NCBI GenBank assembly: GCA_043754515.1
Contig: JAYUUO010000183.1
Coordinates: forward strand, 1 to 32,858
Length of the DNA: 32,858 nucleotides
Source of the DNA: Armatimonadota bacterium
GTDB taxonomy: Bacteria; Armatimonadota; Armatimonadia; Armatimonadales; Armatimonadaceae
Direction of reading: 5' to 3'
Shown here: one piece after another, positions 9,709 to 18,243 of the stretch
Position numbering within the stretch: the stretch's first letter is position 1
Layout: each line of letters opens with the position of its first letter
The notes under the pieces: model-generated
What the model was told of the DNA's origin: nothing
Databases searched by the model: none
What the model saw: only the letters and a program-made list of their open reading frames with translations
Program-made: the position numbers and the translations under genes

Positions 9709-11360
9709 CCTCGGCATCCAAAAGCGACGCGCCGTGGCGGTATGCCCATCCGCTGGCGTTCGCCCTCGCCCGCGTCATCGCGCTCTACTCGGTGAATGAG
9801 GGCGACGTGGGATTGAAGGAGTTAATACGTCCGCTCGCGGGGACGCTGGCACTCGGCTCGCTGGCCTTCGCGCTCGCCATGCTACTGGCGCGGCGCGACA
9901 GGGAGCGGGCGGCACTCGCAACTTCCGCGTTCCTGATGCTGTTCTTCGCCTACGGTGTGTTCGACACCAGCGTGCATCAACTGCAAACATCGTATAATTT
10001 CGTCGGCGCGATGATCACGAATGGCCTCCCGGCGGGCGGCAAGGGGGAGGCATGGGGCGCGCTGACCTTCGTGCTCTGGGCGGCGGCAGTGATCACGGCG
10101 GTTTCGATCTGTTTACGGGTCCGGCGCGAGCGGCTGGCGGGTGTAACTGCCGCGGCATGGATCGCCGGGTTCGCTCTGACCGGTCCGACGCTCTGGCGCA
10201 TCGGGGCGAGGGCGGTTAATAAACGCTCCGTGGTAGCGGCTATCACCGTCAGTCCCTTAACACCTCTTTCGGTTCCGTCCATTCACGCGGGGCCGGATCT
10301 GTTCGTGATTGTGCTCGATGCCTATGTCCGACAGGACGTCCTGCGCCAGATGTATGACTTCGACAACGAGCCGTTCCTCGCGGGTCTGGAGAAGCGCGGC
10401 TTCACCGTCGCGCGTCACAGTCGCGCCAACTACGACCAGACGCCGCTCGCGCTGGGGGCCGCGCTCAACCTCGACTACCTAAAGCCGGACGACACAAAGA
10501 CGTCGCTCGACGGGATGCAACCGCGCATTGATCGGAACCGGATCGCGGCTCTGCTCCGCGAACGCGGGTACCATTTCGTCTCCGTCCCGACCGGCTTCGA
10601 CGGGACCGCTACGCCGTCCGCCGACCTGATCCGCGCGGATCACGCGAGCGAATCCCCCTGGGCGATGGCGTCTCTGACTCCGTTCGAGGAGATGTTATGC
10701 GCGAAGACGCCGTTCGCGCTGTTTCCGAGCGGTTGGAAGGCAATAGGGTTCGCGCTACACCGGCAACGGATCCTGGCCGCCTTTAAGCACCTGGGCGAGG
10801 TCGCCGCGCTTCCATACCCGAAGTTCGTGTTCGCGCACATCCTCGCCCCACATCCGCCGTTCGTTTTCGGTCCGGACGGTGCCCGCCCGCCGGTCGGCCA
10901 GTCCGTGTTCCTGCTCGGGGATGCGAGCGATTACTTGCCGCCGTGGCACGTCTACAAGGCGGGCTACGTCGGGCAGATGCGGTTCGTGAACCAGCGCATT
11001 CTCGCCACGCTGGACGATATACAGGCGAAAGAAACGCGCCCGTATGTGGTCGTGTTGATGGGTGATCACGGCTCCCGCTCGCACACAGATTGGCACAGCC
11101 GGGCGAAAACCGACGTCCGCGAGGTGTTCTCGAACCTGTACGCCGTGCGCTGTCCGCCGGGGCAGGGGGATGCGGCGGCAGTGGCAACACTGCGCGAACG
11201 GCTGGGCGGCACGGTCACGCCCGTCACGGGGTTGCGTCTCGTTATGAACGCTTATTTCGGCGGCACGCTCCCCGATCTGCCCGACCGTTCGCTCTACTCG
11301 ACGGCGGACCATCCGTTCGACTTCTACGACGTGAGCGGGGATCTGCCGCCCGCGAAATGA
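9705..11360 (+). CDS. Membrane-bound sulfatase/alkaline-phosphatase-superfamily hydrolase or transferase (LTA synthase/EptA-like architecture)
   Basis: ATG 9705 forms an ATGA overlap with the upstream stop. About 5 N-terminal TM helices, then VIVLDAY, NYDQT (candidate Thr nucleophile), AHILAPHPPF and VLMGDHG metal-binding motifs. Confidence 0.85.
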   Translation: MTSASKSDAPWRYAHPLAFALARVIALYSVNEGDVGLKELIRPLAGTLALGSLAFALAMLLARRDRERAALATSAFLMLFFAYGVFDTSVHQLQTSYNFVGAMITNGLPAGGKGEAWGALTFVLWAAAVITAVSICLRVRRERLAGVTAAAWIAGFALTGPTLWRIGARAVNKRSVVAAITVSPLTPLSVPSIHAGPDLFVIVLDAYVRQDVLRQMYDFDNEPFLAGLEKRGFTVARHSRANYDQTPLALGAALNLDYLKPDDTKTSLDGMQPRIDRNRIAALLRERGYHFVSVPTGFDGTATPSADLIRADHASESPWAMASLTPFEEMLCAKTPFALFPSGWKAIGFALHRQRILAAFKHLGEVAALPYPKFVFAHILAPHPPFVFGPDGARPPVGQSVFLLGDASDYLPPWHVYKAGYVGQMRFVNQRILATLDDIQAKETRPYVVVLMGDHGSRSHTDWHSRAKTDVREVFSNLYAVRCPPGQGDAAAVATLRERLGGTVTPVTGLRLVMNAYFGGTLPDLPDRSLYSTADHPFDFYDVSGDLPPAK

Positions 11361-11405
11361 CGCGCGCGGATAAAATACCCCGCGTACGCGCGGTGAGCGA
11401 GGCGA

Positions 11406-11411
11406 TATAAT
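11406..11411 (+). promoter_or_regulatory. TATAAT -10 box of a probable leaderless promoter
   Basis: Perfect TATAAT ends 5 nt before GTG 11417, with no Shine-Dalgarno in between. Confidence 0.45.
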
Positions 11412-11416
11412 CGCTT

Positions 11417-12523
11417 GTGCCTCCCGTCGTCGTACTCCTTGCTGGCAACGCGCCCCCCATCGCTTGCGGCATCGGGGACTACACGGCACGTCTTTCCGCC
11501 GAACTGCGCGGCCTAGGCGTCGCGGCGTCGGTTTGGACGCGGGCGCAACGCGGCGCGCGGGGAAAGGATGCCATTCACACCTCCGCCGCCCGACTGGACC
11601 GCGCGGGCGTGGAAGTGTTTATCGCGCGGCTGAGACGGGAGCGGCCCGCCGTGCTACATTTGCAATATGAGGCCGATTTGTTCGACGGGAACGGTTTCGC
11701 GCTTCTCCGTTTCGCCCTCGCCGCCCGCGAAGTCGGCGCGTCGCTCGTCACCACGTTTCACGCGCTGGACGGGCCGCGCGCGTGGGGGCGGGCGCACCGC
11801 CTCGCCCTGCTCCCGGCTTTGATAGCGAGTCGCGACATCGTGGTCTGCTCGCGGCGGCAGTACGACGCTCTCGCGCGGCTCCCCGGTGTTCGCGGGCGGA
11901 CGCGTCTGATCCCGGTCGGTAGCGCGATCCCGGTCACCGGCACGCGGTCGGTACGGCGGGGGGGCGAGCCGGTCCGCCTCCTCTACTTCGGTTTCGTCTG
12001 GCGGGGGCGTAACCTCGAAACGTGCGTCCGCGCCCTCGCCGGGGTTGAACGAGCCACTCCCGCGACACTTACCATCGTCGGCGGCTTCAAGGAGGAAGGC
12101 TACGAGCGTGAACTCGCCGCGCTCGCCGAATCGCTCGGCGTCGGGGATCGCGTGACGTTCACCGGCGAACTACCCGTGTGCGACGTGTCGCGCTACCTCG
12201 CGGGTGCCGACCTCGCGCTCCTGCCGTTCGCGACCGGCGTCTCGACCGGCCGCACGACGTTCGCCGCCGCCGTGGAACACGGTTTGCCGGTCGTGACGAT
12301 GGCGACCGCCGCGAACACCATTCCGGAGTTTCGGAAGGAGATCAACCTACTTTCTGTCGCGGCTGGCGACGCCGACGGGTTCATCCGCGAAACGGTACGC
12401 GCCGCGACCGATGCCGCGCTCCGGGAGCGGCTACGGGAGAACGCGCCCCCCCTGGCACGACTTTTCTCCTGGCCGAACATCGCCCGCAAAACCGCCGACC
12501 TGCCGTCGTACCGCGCCCTATGA
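11417..12523 (+). CDS. Glycosyltransferase family 4 (GT-B)
   Basis: CGIGDYT, LHLQYE, VTTFH, LLYFGFVWRGRNLE, ADLALLPF and GLPVVT. Confidence 0.9.
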   Translation: MPPVVVLLAGNAPPIACGIGDYTARLSAELRGLGVAASVWTRAQRGARGKDAIHTSAARLDRAGVEVFIARLRRERPAVLHLQYEADLFDGNGFALLRFALAAREVGASLVTTFHALDGPRAWGRAHRLALLPALIASRDIVVCSRRQYDALARLPGVRGRTRLIPVGSAIPVTGTRSVRRGGEPVRLLYFGFVWRGRNLETCVRALAGVERATPATLTIVGGFKEEGYERELAALAESLGVGDRVTFTGELPVCDVSRYLAGADLALLPFATGVSTGRTTFAAAVEHGLPVVTMATAANTIPEFRKEINLLSVAAGDADGFIRETVRAATDAALRERLRENAPPLARLFSWPNIARKTADLPSYRAL

Positions 12524-13617
12524 AACCGCTCGTACTCCCCTCTCACGCGGGCGACCGGGACACGGACGGCACCGGCATGGAGGAACCGCGCCGCGACTAC
12601 AGTCTGCTCGCGGATGCGCTCGGGGCGGAGATCCTGCCCCCGCGCGGTACGGACGGGTCTCTGCTCGGTCGGATCGAGGCGCGCACAGCGACCGATATTC
12701 GTCAGGCGTTCGCGGCGGCGCGGCTTCGGCGAACGACCAGCGTGTACGTCTCGCTTTCGGAGCGGATCGGCATCCCGCTCGCGTTCCTCCTGCCGCGAAA
12801 CCGTCCCGACCGCCCGGCACATCTGCTCATCGCGCACCACCTGACGTCGCCGCGCAAACGCGTCTTGCAGGGCCAGACCAACTACCTGCGGCGGTTCGAC
12901 CGCGTGATAACTCTCGCTTCGTCGCAAGCGGGCTACCTGGTCGCGGAGGCCGGGTACGACGAAGCGAGATCATCGCGCATAAGCGACGCGGTTGACGCCC
13001 GCTTCTGGGGCGCGGATCACGACTCGTCCACGCGCGATTTGCCCGCCCCCGAGGCCGACGAACCAGGGTACCTGATCGCAGTCGGGCGCGAACGGCGCGA
13101 CTACGCCGCCTTCGTCGCCGCCCTGCGCGGGACACCTGAAATGCTGGCGGTGGTGGTCGCCTCGTCGCCGTGGTCGCGTGATCGGGAGCGGGCACTGACC
13201 ATCAGCGAGCTACCCGCGAACACGGCGGTCGTCACGCGAACTCCGTCCGCCGCGCTTCGCACCCTGTACCGGAACGCTAGCCTGGTCGTCGTGCCGCTCC
13301 TACCGGAGACCGACTACGCGGCGGGTGTGAACGTCTGCCTCGAAGCGATGGCGGCGGGAACGCCTGTTCTGGCGACAGCGACGCCCGGTCTCGCCGACTA
13401 CGCCCGCTCCGACACCACGGGCGAGGAGGTGATGGCGACCATATCGGGGGGCGACCCGACGGCACTCCGCGAGGCAATCATCGCGCTACTCGCCGACCCC
13501 GCGCGGCGGGAACGGCTTGCACGTGCCGGCTCGGACTTCGTTGCGCGGGAGGCCAGCCTGGAGAGGTATGTCGCCCGCGTCGCTGAACTAGTTCGGGCCG
13601 TCGCCTTGCCCGGCTAG
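12520..13617 (+). CDS. Glycosyltransferase family 4 (GT-B)
   Basis: ATG 12520 forms an ATGA overlap with the upstream stop. VDARFW, AVGRERRDY, LYRNASLVVVPL and GVNVCLEAMAAGTPVLAT (GT-B nucleotide-binding signature). Confidence 0.9.
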   Translation: MKPLVLPSHAGDRDTDGTGMEEPRRDYSLLADALGAEILPPRGTDGSLLGRIEARTATDIRQAFAAARLRRTTSVYVSLSERIGIPLAFLLPRNRPDRPAHLLIAHHLTSPRKRVLQGQTNYLRRFDRVITLASSQAGYLVAEAGYDEARSSRISDAVDARFWGADHDSSTRDLPAPEADEPGYLIAVGRERRDYAAFVAALRGTPEMLAVVVASSPWSRDRERALTISELPANTAVVTRTPSAALRTLYRNASLVVVPLLPETDYAAGVNVCLEAMAAGTPVLATATPGLADYARSDTTGEEVMATISGGDPTALREAIIALLADPARRERLARAGSDFVAREASLERYVARVAELVRAVALPG

Positions 13618-13653
13618 ACTGTTATCGGTACCCCTCTCACCCATGTGCGCTCG

Positions 13654-13768
13654 CGGTGGTCGTATCCCTCTCCATCCAACCCCCTTTCTCCATGTCCGTA
13701 TTTTCGCCGCGAAAAACGCTTGCACATGGGGTGCTTGCGGTAGATTGCGGAGAGGGATACGACCACCG
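13654..13768. repeat. 115-bp element bounded by perfect 20-bp inverted repeats (MITE-like element or structured RNA)
   Basis: CGGTGGTCGTATCCCTCTCC (13654-13673) is the exact reverse complement of GGAGAGGGATACGACCACCG (13749-13768). Nested inner stems: CCATGT/ACATGG and TTTTCG/CGAAAA. Confidence 0.8.
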
Positions 13769-13829
13769 AACCACGCCCTGTTCACCCGCGCCCACTGGAA
13801 ACGCAACCGCGGCATACCAGACTAGTCCG

Positions 13830-14936
13830 TTACACATCACCTTGCCCATAAGGCGGCAATAACCGACGCAAGCCGTGCGCGATGACTATCACCGCGAACA
13901 CGGTGTTGCGCAGGAGCACGAACGGGTACCAGACCGCCGGGACGACCCGCGCCCGCCCCGCCGTCCAGTCCGCCGCGAACCGCTCCGCCCCCACTTCCGC
14001 TAACACGCCGGTCGGCTCCCAGATGCCGCGCCGCAATGCCTCCGGGATTCCCGCGACGCCCACCGACGCGCCCACAATGCCACCCGTAATCGCCGCGACC
14101 GTGTCCGTATCCCCGCCGCAGGCGATGGCCGTGCTAACCGCTTTTCGGAAGTCGGCGGGATGGGAAAGCGCGGCATGAATGGCGACCGGAACCGTTTGTA
14201 GCACATAGCCGGAAACGCCGCGCGGGTAGCGCGCCGCCGCGAACGCGGTTGTTATCTCGCCGCGCGAAACACTTTCCCTGACGTCGTGCAGGAGGCAGAG
14301 TAGTTCCGCCGTGTCGGGTTCCGGGAGTGCGTCCTGGATAGCGTCACTCACTACGCCCGTCCCTGTCTCACCCCGCGCGAAACTTGCGGCGCAGATTGCG
14401 ACCGCCCGCGCCCCATATTCGGCGCGGGGGTCGGTGTGCGTCAGGCGCGACGAGCGCGAAATGCGGTCGCGAAGCCGCGTGCCGTCCGCGTCCCAGGCGC
14501 ACGCGACGCCGATCAGCGCGGAGCGCATCGCCGGACCGTTCCCCGCCGAGTAGACGCCGGAGCGGGACGCGGGAACGCCGACCGCAAGCCGCAACCCGGC
14601 GCGGAGCGTGGCGAGACCGACGCCCGCCGGGAGCGCGAGTACCCAACGCCGCAATCCGCGCGAAAGGTGCCGCGTAAACGCCTCCCCGTCGCCCGCCGAT
14701 TCCGCGAGCGCGGTATAGACAAGAAGCGTGTGCTCCGTGTCGTCCGAGATCATGCCGCGCCCGATGACGAGCCGGTGCGAGTCGGGAACCCCACCGAATA
14801 AGGCGCGGATTCGCCCCGGCGTCAGCCCCTCGCACGGTAGCCCGAGCGCGTCCCCAACCGCCGTCCCCCAGAGGCAACCGGCTACCGCTTTGGCGAGGGC
14901 GGCTTCGGGAGATGCGTCATTGTTACTGTTACTCAT
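13830..14936 (-). CDS. ADP-ribosylglycohydrolase (DraG/ARH family)
   Basis: GTAVGDALG, SDDTE, GNGPAMR, LTH and GGDTDTVAAITG. The C-terminus ends in a hydrophobic tail. Confidence 0.93.
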   Translation of the reverse strand: MSNSNNDASPEAALAKAVAGCLWGTAVGDALGLPCEGLTPGRIRALFGGVPDSHRLVIGRGMISDDTEHTLLVYTALAESAGDGEAFTRHLSRGLRRWVLALPAGVGLATLRAGLRLAVGVPASRSGVYSAGNGPAMRSALIGVACAWDADGTRLRDRISRSSRLTHTDPRAEYGARAVAICAASFARGETGTGVVSDAIQDALPEPDTAELLCLLHDVRESVSRGEITTAFAAARYPRGVSGYVLQTVPVAIHAALSHPADFRKAVSTAIACGGDTDTVAAITGGIVGASVGVAGIPEALRRGIWEPTGVLAEVGAERFAADWTAGRARVVPAVWYPFVLLRNTVFAVIVIAHGLRRLLPPYGQGDV

Positions 14937-15385
14937 ACAACAACAAACGTAGGATGGGGGTGTTCGGTTACGGCAGTCCCGCGAGTGACAGGCTTGGGAC
15001 TATTCTCTGGCGCGAAGGGGGCGGTGCGGAGTGTTACTATCTCGCCGATCTCGCTGACGAAGCGCAACTCGTAGCCGCAAAACATCAACATCCCGATGAG
15101 TGGCTTGCCGTCCGCGACGATTGCCGGAACTCGCCGGGTTTCACCGTCCTAAATGACCGTTGCCCGGTGATACGTGGATTCGACCTCACCCCCTCCCGCG
15201 GTATCACCGTAGGCTTCGGAGAGATACGGCATCCCCAGAGCGATGATCACCGCGTAAGGCAACATCAAGTAGTCGTTAAAGCCGGTGTCTACCGTTGCTC
15301 GGAGGGACACCTCCGCGCCGTCCGGGGCAACAAATACAAGCGTGATCAGCCCGACAAAATCGTCACCAATTATGCCCTCGATCAC
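14933..15385 (-). pseudogene. Clan AA (retropepsin-like, AF_0612-type) aspartic protease interrupted by an in-frame TAG at 15149-15151
   Basis: Catalytic motif ATVDTGFNDYLMLP. After the TAG the frame continues as ATVI*DGETRRVPAIVADGKPLIGMLMFCGYELRF, which contains the family's second motif (PLIG), until TGA 14933-14935. Confidence 0.8.
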
Positions 15386-15654
15386 TTGTTCACGTAGATC
15401 CGCGACATGCGGAACGAATGGTACTAGCCGACGCGCATCGAGAAGAGAACCGCGCCGGGGACACGCGCGTTTATTCTGTCTATCGCGGTCATCAATTCGT
15501 CATCTACTTCATGAGCACCCGAGACGGTGTCAATGATTAGACGCTTGTTTCTCAACGCCGGGTCTGCTTTCACGATGTGCTTCACATTGCGCTCGTATAT
15601 TTCACGTGCTTGTCGTCTGATCTCGTGCCGCGTCTGCTCATCACGTTCATTCAT
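15382..15654 (-). CDS. Small protein of the type usually encoded upstream of clan AA aspartic proteases; TAG at 15424-15426 may be premature
   Basis: REIYERNVK...LIIDTVSGAHEVDDELMTAIDRINARVPGAVLFSMRVG. Reading through the TAG adds YHSFRMSRIYVNK and ends in a GTGA overlap with the protease start. Confidence 0.7.
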
Positions 15655-15763
15655 TGATTTCTCTCTGCTCTCATTTTACCGCGCTTGCCTACAAGAGCGA
15701 CGCGCCCCGGCGAATCATTCGCCGGGGCGCGCCGCGTCCCATCCTGGCCCGGAAGGAGCGTCT

Positions 15764-17878
15764 CTATTCTGCGGACGCCCCGCTCCCGTCTCCGGTGCCG
15801 CCCGCCTTGCGGGACAGTAGAACCGCTTTCCAGCCCGCGACGTTCGCGATGGCGAATGCCGCGCCCATGTTCACTAGCGTCCACGTGGTGGCGGATTCGC
15901 CGAACGTGTACGCGGTGAACGGCGTCAGGTTGTTATGCCAGCCCGCCCACAGGTTTACGGCCGTGCCGAGCGCGAACGCGCCCGCGATCTTCGCCCCGCC
16001 GAGGCTCTTGCGCGTCGCCATGTATACCCCGAACGGCAGAACAGCCGAGAAGGTGAGCAGGTTCCACGGGGAGTTGGCACCGAACACCTCCGACGCGACA
16101 TCCGCGCCGAAGAATCCCGCCCCGAGCGCACCCGCCATGCCCGCGCGGGTCCAGAACGAGCGGCGCGGCCCGATAGCCATCAGCAGGAATAGACCGCCAA
16201 AGAGCAGGATGTGGCGCAGTTTAACGCCCTCTACCGCGCTTGTCATCGCGACCGCGCCCGCCGCCGACAGGATGCCCGCGCCGTATTTGAGCGGGTCGCC
16301 GTTCGGCTTGGCCGACTTGGTCAGAATGTCGCGAACCCGCGCCGGGTCATGTACGCCCTGCGACGCGATCAGCGCGGCGACCGCCGCGGCGTGCGGCGAC
16401 GCCATCGAGGTGCCCTGGAACGCATAGTAGTCGTCCCCTCGCCCTCGCTCGCCTTTGCCGGTCATCACGGTGTTCTGCAGGATGCCGTCCTTCGCGTCGC
16501 CCGACTCCATCATGTCGCCGCCCGGAGCCGCGAGCGCGACCTCCTTGCCGTACGACGAGTAGGTGGCGATGTTGCCGCTCGGGCCGACCGACGAGATCGC
16601 GATGCACTCGGGGAACGCCGCCGGGTAACCTACCGGCTCGCCGAACCCGTTGCCCGCCGCGCAGACGATGGTCACGCCCTTCTTCACCGCGTACTGACAC
16701 GCCTTGTGGATCACGGACGACGGCTGGTTGGAGCCGAGACTCATATTGATCACGTTCGCGCCGTTATCGGCGGCGTACCGGATCGCGTCCGCGATGTCGC
16801 TCGAATAGCCAGACCCGGCGGCAGACAGCACCTTGAGCGGCATGATCGTCGCTTCATAGGCGAGACCGGCGACGCCCTCGTTGTTGTTGGTGCTCTCGGC
16901 GATGGTTCCGGCGACGTGCGTGCCGTGCCCGTGATCGTCGTACGGGTCGGTGTCCTTGTTGACGAAGTCGTAACCCTTGACGAACTTCGTGGTGTTGAAG
17001 TCCTTGCACTGCTTGCCGCGGCTCGTGGTCACGGCGGCGACGCCGGTGTCAATCACGGCGACGACAACACCCTTGCCTCTGGTCTTCTTCCACGCGTCTT
17101 CCGCGCCGACCATCTTGAAGTTCCACTGCTGGTCGTAGAGCGGGTCGTTGGGCCGCGTGCCGCCCGGCTTGGTCACGTCAGCGTCCGTGAGCGAAACGGT
17201 AGAGGCGCGAACCGGCTCGAACATCCAAGCACCCGTGTTATCTACGCGGAACGTCGTGTCGTTCGTATGAATCGTGTAGGGGTGAGTGCTGAAGCACCCG
17301 GTATACATGCCGGGTGTGTCACTCTCGGCTATTCGCTCCTGCTGAGAAATGCTCTCGCCCGTGCCGAGTGTGTAAGTCGCCATATCGGCGAGTTTGGCCT
17401 CAGCGGCTGCGATCTTGGCTTGAACTACCGCGTTACGCGACGCTTCTGCGACCGCGACCGCCTGCATCTCCACGCTGTCTACCCGCGACCGCTCGGGGAT
17501 GGCATAGACCATTTCCGGCTCGGCGGCTTCGACGTTGCTATCCCCACGCAACCAGGAGAGCGCGTTCTGCGCGTCAGTCGCGGTTGGGAGCGTAGCGACC
17601 ATGATCTTGTCGTCGTGCGACCGGGGCGAGTTGAACCGCAGTTTCGCGCCGATCCGGCCCTCGACTTCGGCGATGTCGGCAGGAGACGCGTTGTCGGCAA
17701 GGTCCACGACGATCTCGGTCGGCTGATCGGAGCGGGCCATCATGGCGACGGAGACAGACTGGGCGTGCTCGGTACCGTACTGCGCCTGCCACACCTGTAC
17801 GAGCGGCAATGCGGTGGATCCTACGGCGGCGATACCGAGCGTCGCCAACGCTAAACTAACAAGGTCACGTTTCTTCAT
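15764..17878 (-). CDS. Subtilisin-like S8 serine peptidase with propeptide and C-terminal membrane anchor
   Basis: Catalytic triad motifs VAVIDTG, HGHGTHVAGT and GTSMASPH; oxyanion motif AAGN. Has a signal peptide and about 4 C-terminal TM segments. RBS CAGGAGG upstream. Confidence 0.95.
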   Translation of the reverse strand: MKKRDLVSLALATLGIAAVGSTALPLVQVWQAQYGTEHAQSVSVAMMARSDQPTEIVVDLADNASPADIAEVEGRIGAKLRFNSPRSHDDKIMVATLPTATDAQNALSWLRGDSNVEAAEPEMVYAIPERSRVDSVEMQAVAVAEASRNAVVQAKIAAAEAKLADMATYTLGTGESISQQERIAESDTPGMYTGCFSTHPYTIHTNDTTFRVDNTGAWMFEPVRASTVSLTDADVTKPGGTRPNDPLYDQQWNFKMVGAEDAWKKTRGKGVVVAVIDTGVAAVTTSRGKQCKDFNTTKFVKGYDFVNKDTDPYDDHGHGTHVAGTIAESTNNNEGVAGLAYEATIMPLKVLSAAGSGYSSDIADAIRYAADNGANVINMSLGSNQPSSVIHKACQYAVKKGVTIVCAAGNGFGEPVGYPAAFPECIAISSVGPSGNIATYSSYGKEVALAAPGGDMMESGDAKDGILQNTVMTGKGERGRGDDYYAFQGTSMASPHAAAVAALIASQGVHDPARVRDILTKSAKPNGDPLKYGAGILSAAGAVAMTSAVEGVKLRHILLFGGLFLLMAIGPRRSFWTRAGMAGALGAGFFGADVASEVFGANSPWNLLTFSAVLPFGVYMATRKSLGGAKIAGAFALGTAVNLWAGWHNNLTPFTAYTFGESATTWTLVNMGAAFAIANVAGWKAVLLSRKAGGTGDGSGASAE

Positions 17879-17919
17879 CGGTGCTTTCTGCCTCCTGGGA
17901 AACAGGGTTTCCTACTTTT

Positions 17920-18123
17920 CTATTTCGCGTTCTTGGAATCAGTTCGTAGTTCGGGGTGCCGCTCGAGTATGTATTCGTAGCGGTCTTTGAGCTTGGGGGA
18001 CATCTCGTCAAACAAGGGGTTTCCGCCCGCGTAGTGCGTGTCCGGCGAATCGCCGTACTGGTTGTGCCCCTTGGACTTGATCCACTCGTCAATTCTGCGT
18101 TTCTGTTCGTCGGTAACCGGCAT
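17920..18123 (-). CDS. Small soluble hypothetical protein, 67 aa
   Basis: MPVTDEQKRRIDEWIKSKGHNQYGDSPDTHYAGGNPLFDEMSPKLKDRYEYILERHPELR. Host-like codon usage; purine-rich RBS-like sequence before ATG 18123. Confidence 0.75.
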   Translation of the reverse strand: MPVTDEQKRRIDEWIKSKGHNQYGDSPDTHYAGGNPLFDEMSPKLKDRYEYILERHPELRTDSKNAK

Positions 18124-18149
18124 CGTAATACCCCGCTTCTCATGTGAAG

Positions 18150-18188
18150 TACGACGGGTTCGCTCCGCGCGAAACGCTCCCGTCCGTA
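18150..18188 (-). terminator. Bulged hairpin downstream of purH (terminator or structured leader of the 67-aa gene)
   Basis: GACGGG/CCCGTC and TTCGC/GCGAA stems, with only a weak U-tract. Confidence 0.35.
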
Positions 18189-18243
18189 AGCGTATAATAC
18201 GGCGGAACGGCATGTGTTGGTTCCGACGAAATCCGCCGCCCGT

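Noticed and set aside
13654..13768. Retron msr-msd, SRP RNA or CRISPR repeat
   Set aside because: No reverse transcriptase or cas genes in the window, no SRP GGAA-loop consensus, and no repeat-spacer periodicity.
17170..17500. Intein in the S8 protease
   Set aside because: No Cys/Ser start paired with a His-Asn end followed by Cys/Ser/Thr, and the insert lies outside the conserved catalytic motifs.
16211..17854. 547-aa plus-strand ORF and other long antisense ORFs (e.g. 2390-3361, 3401-4429, 27900-28388)
   Set aside because: They are antisense shadows of well-supported genes in high-GC DNA and carry no recognisable motifs.
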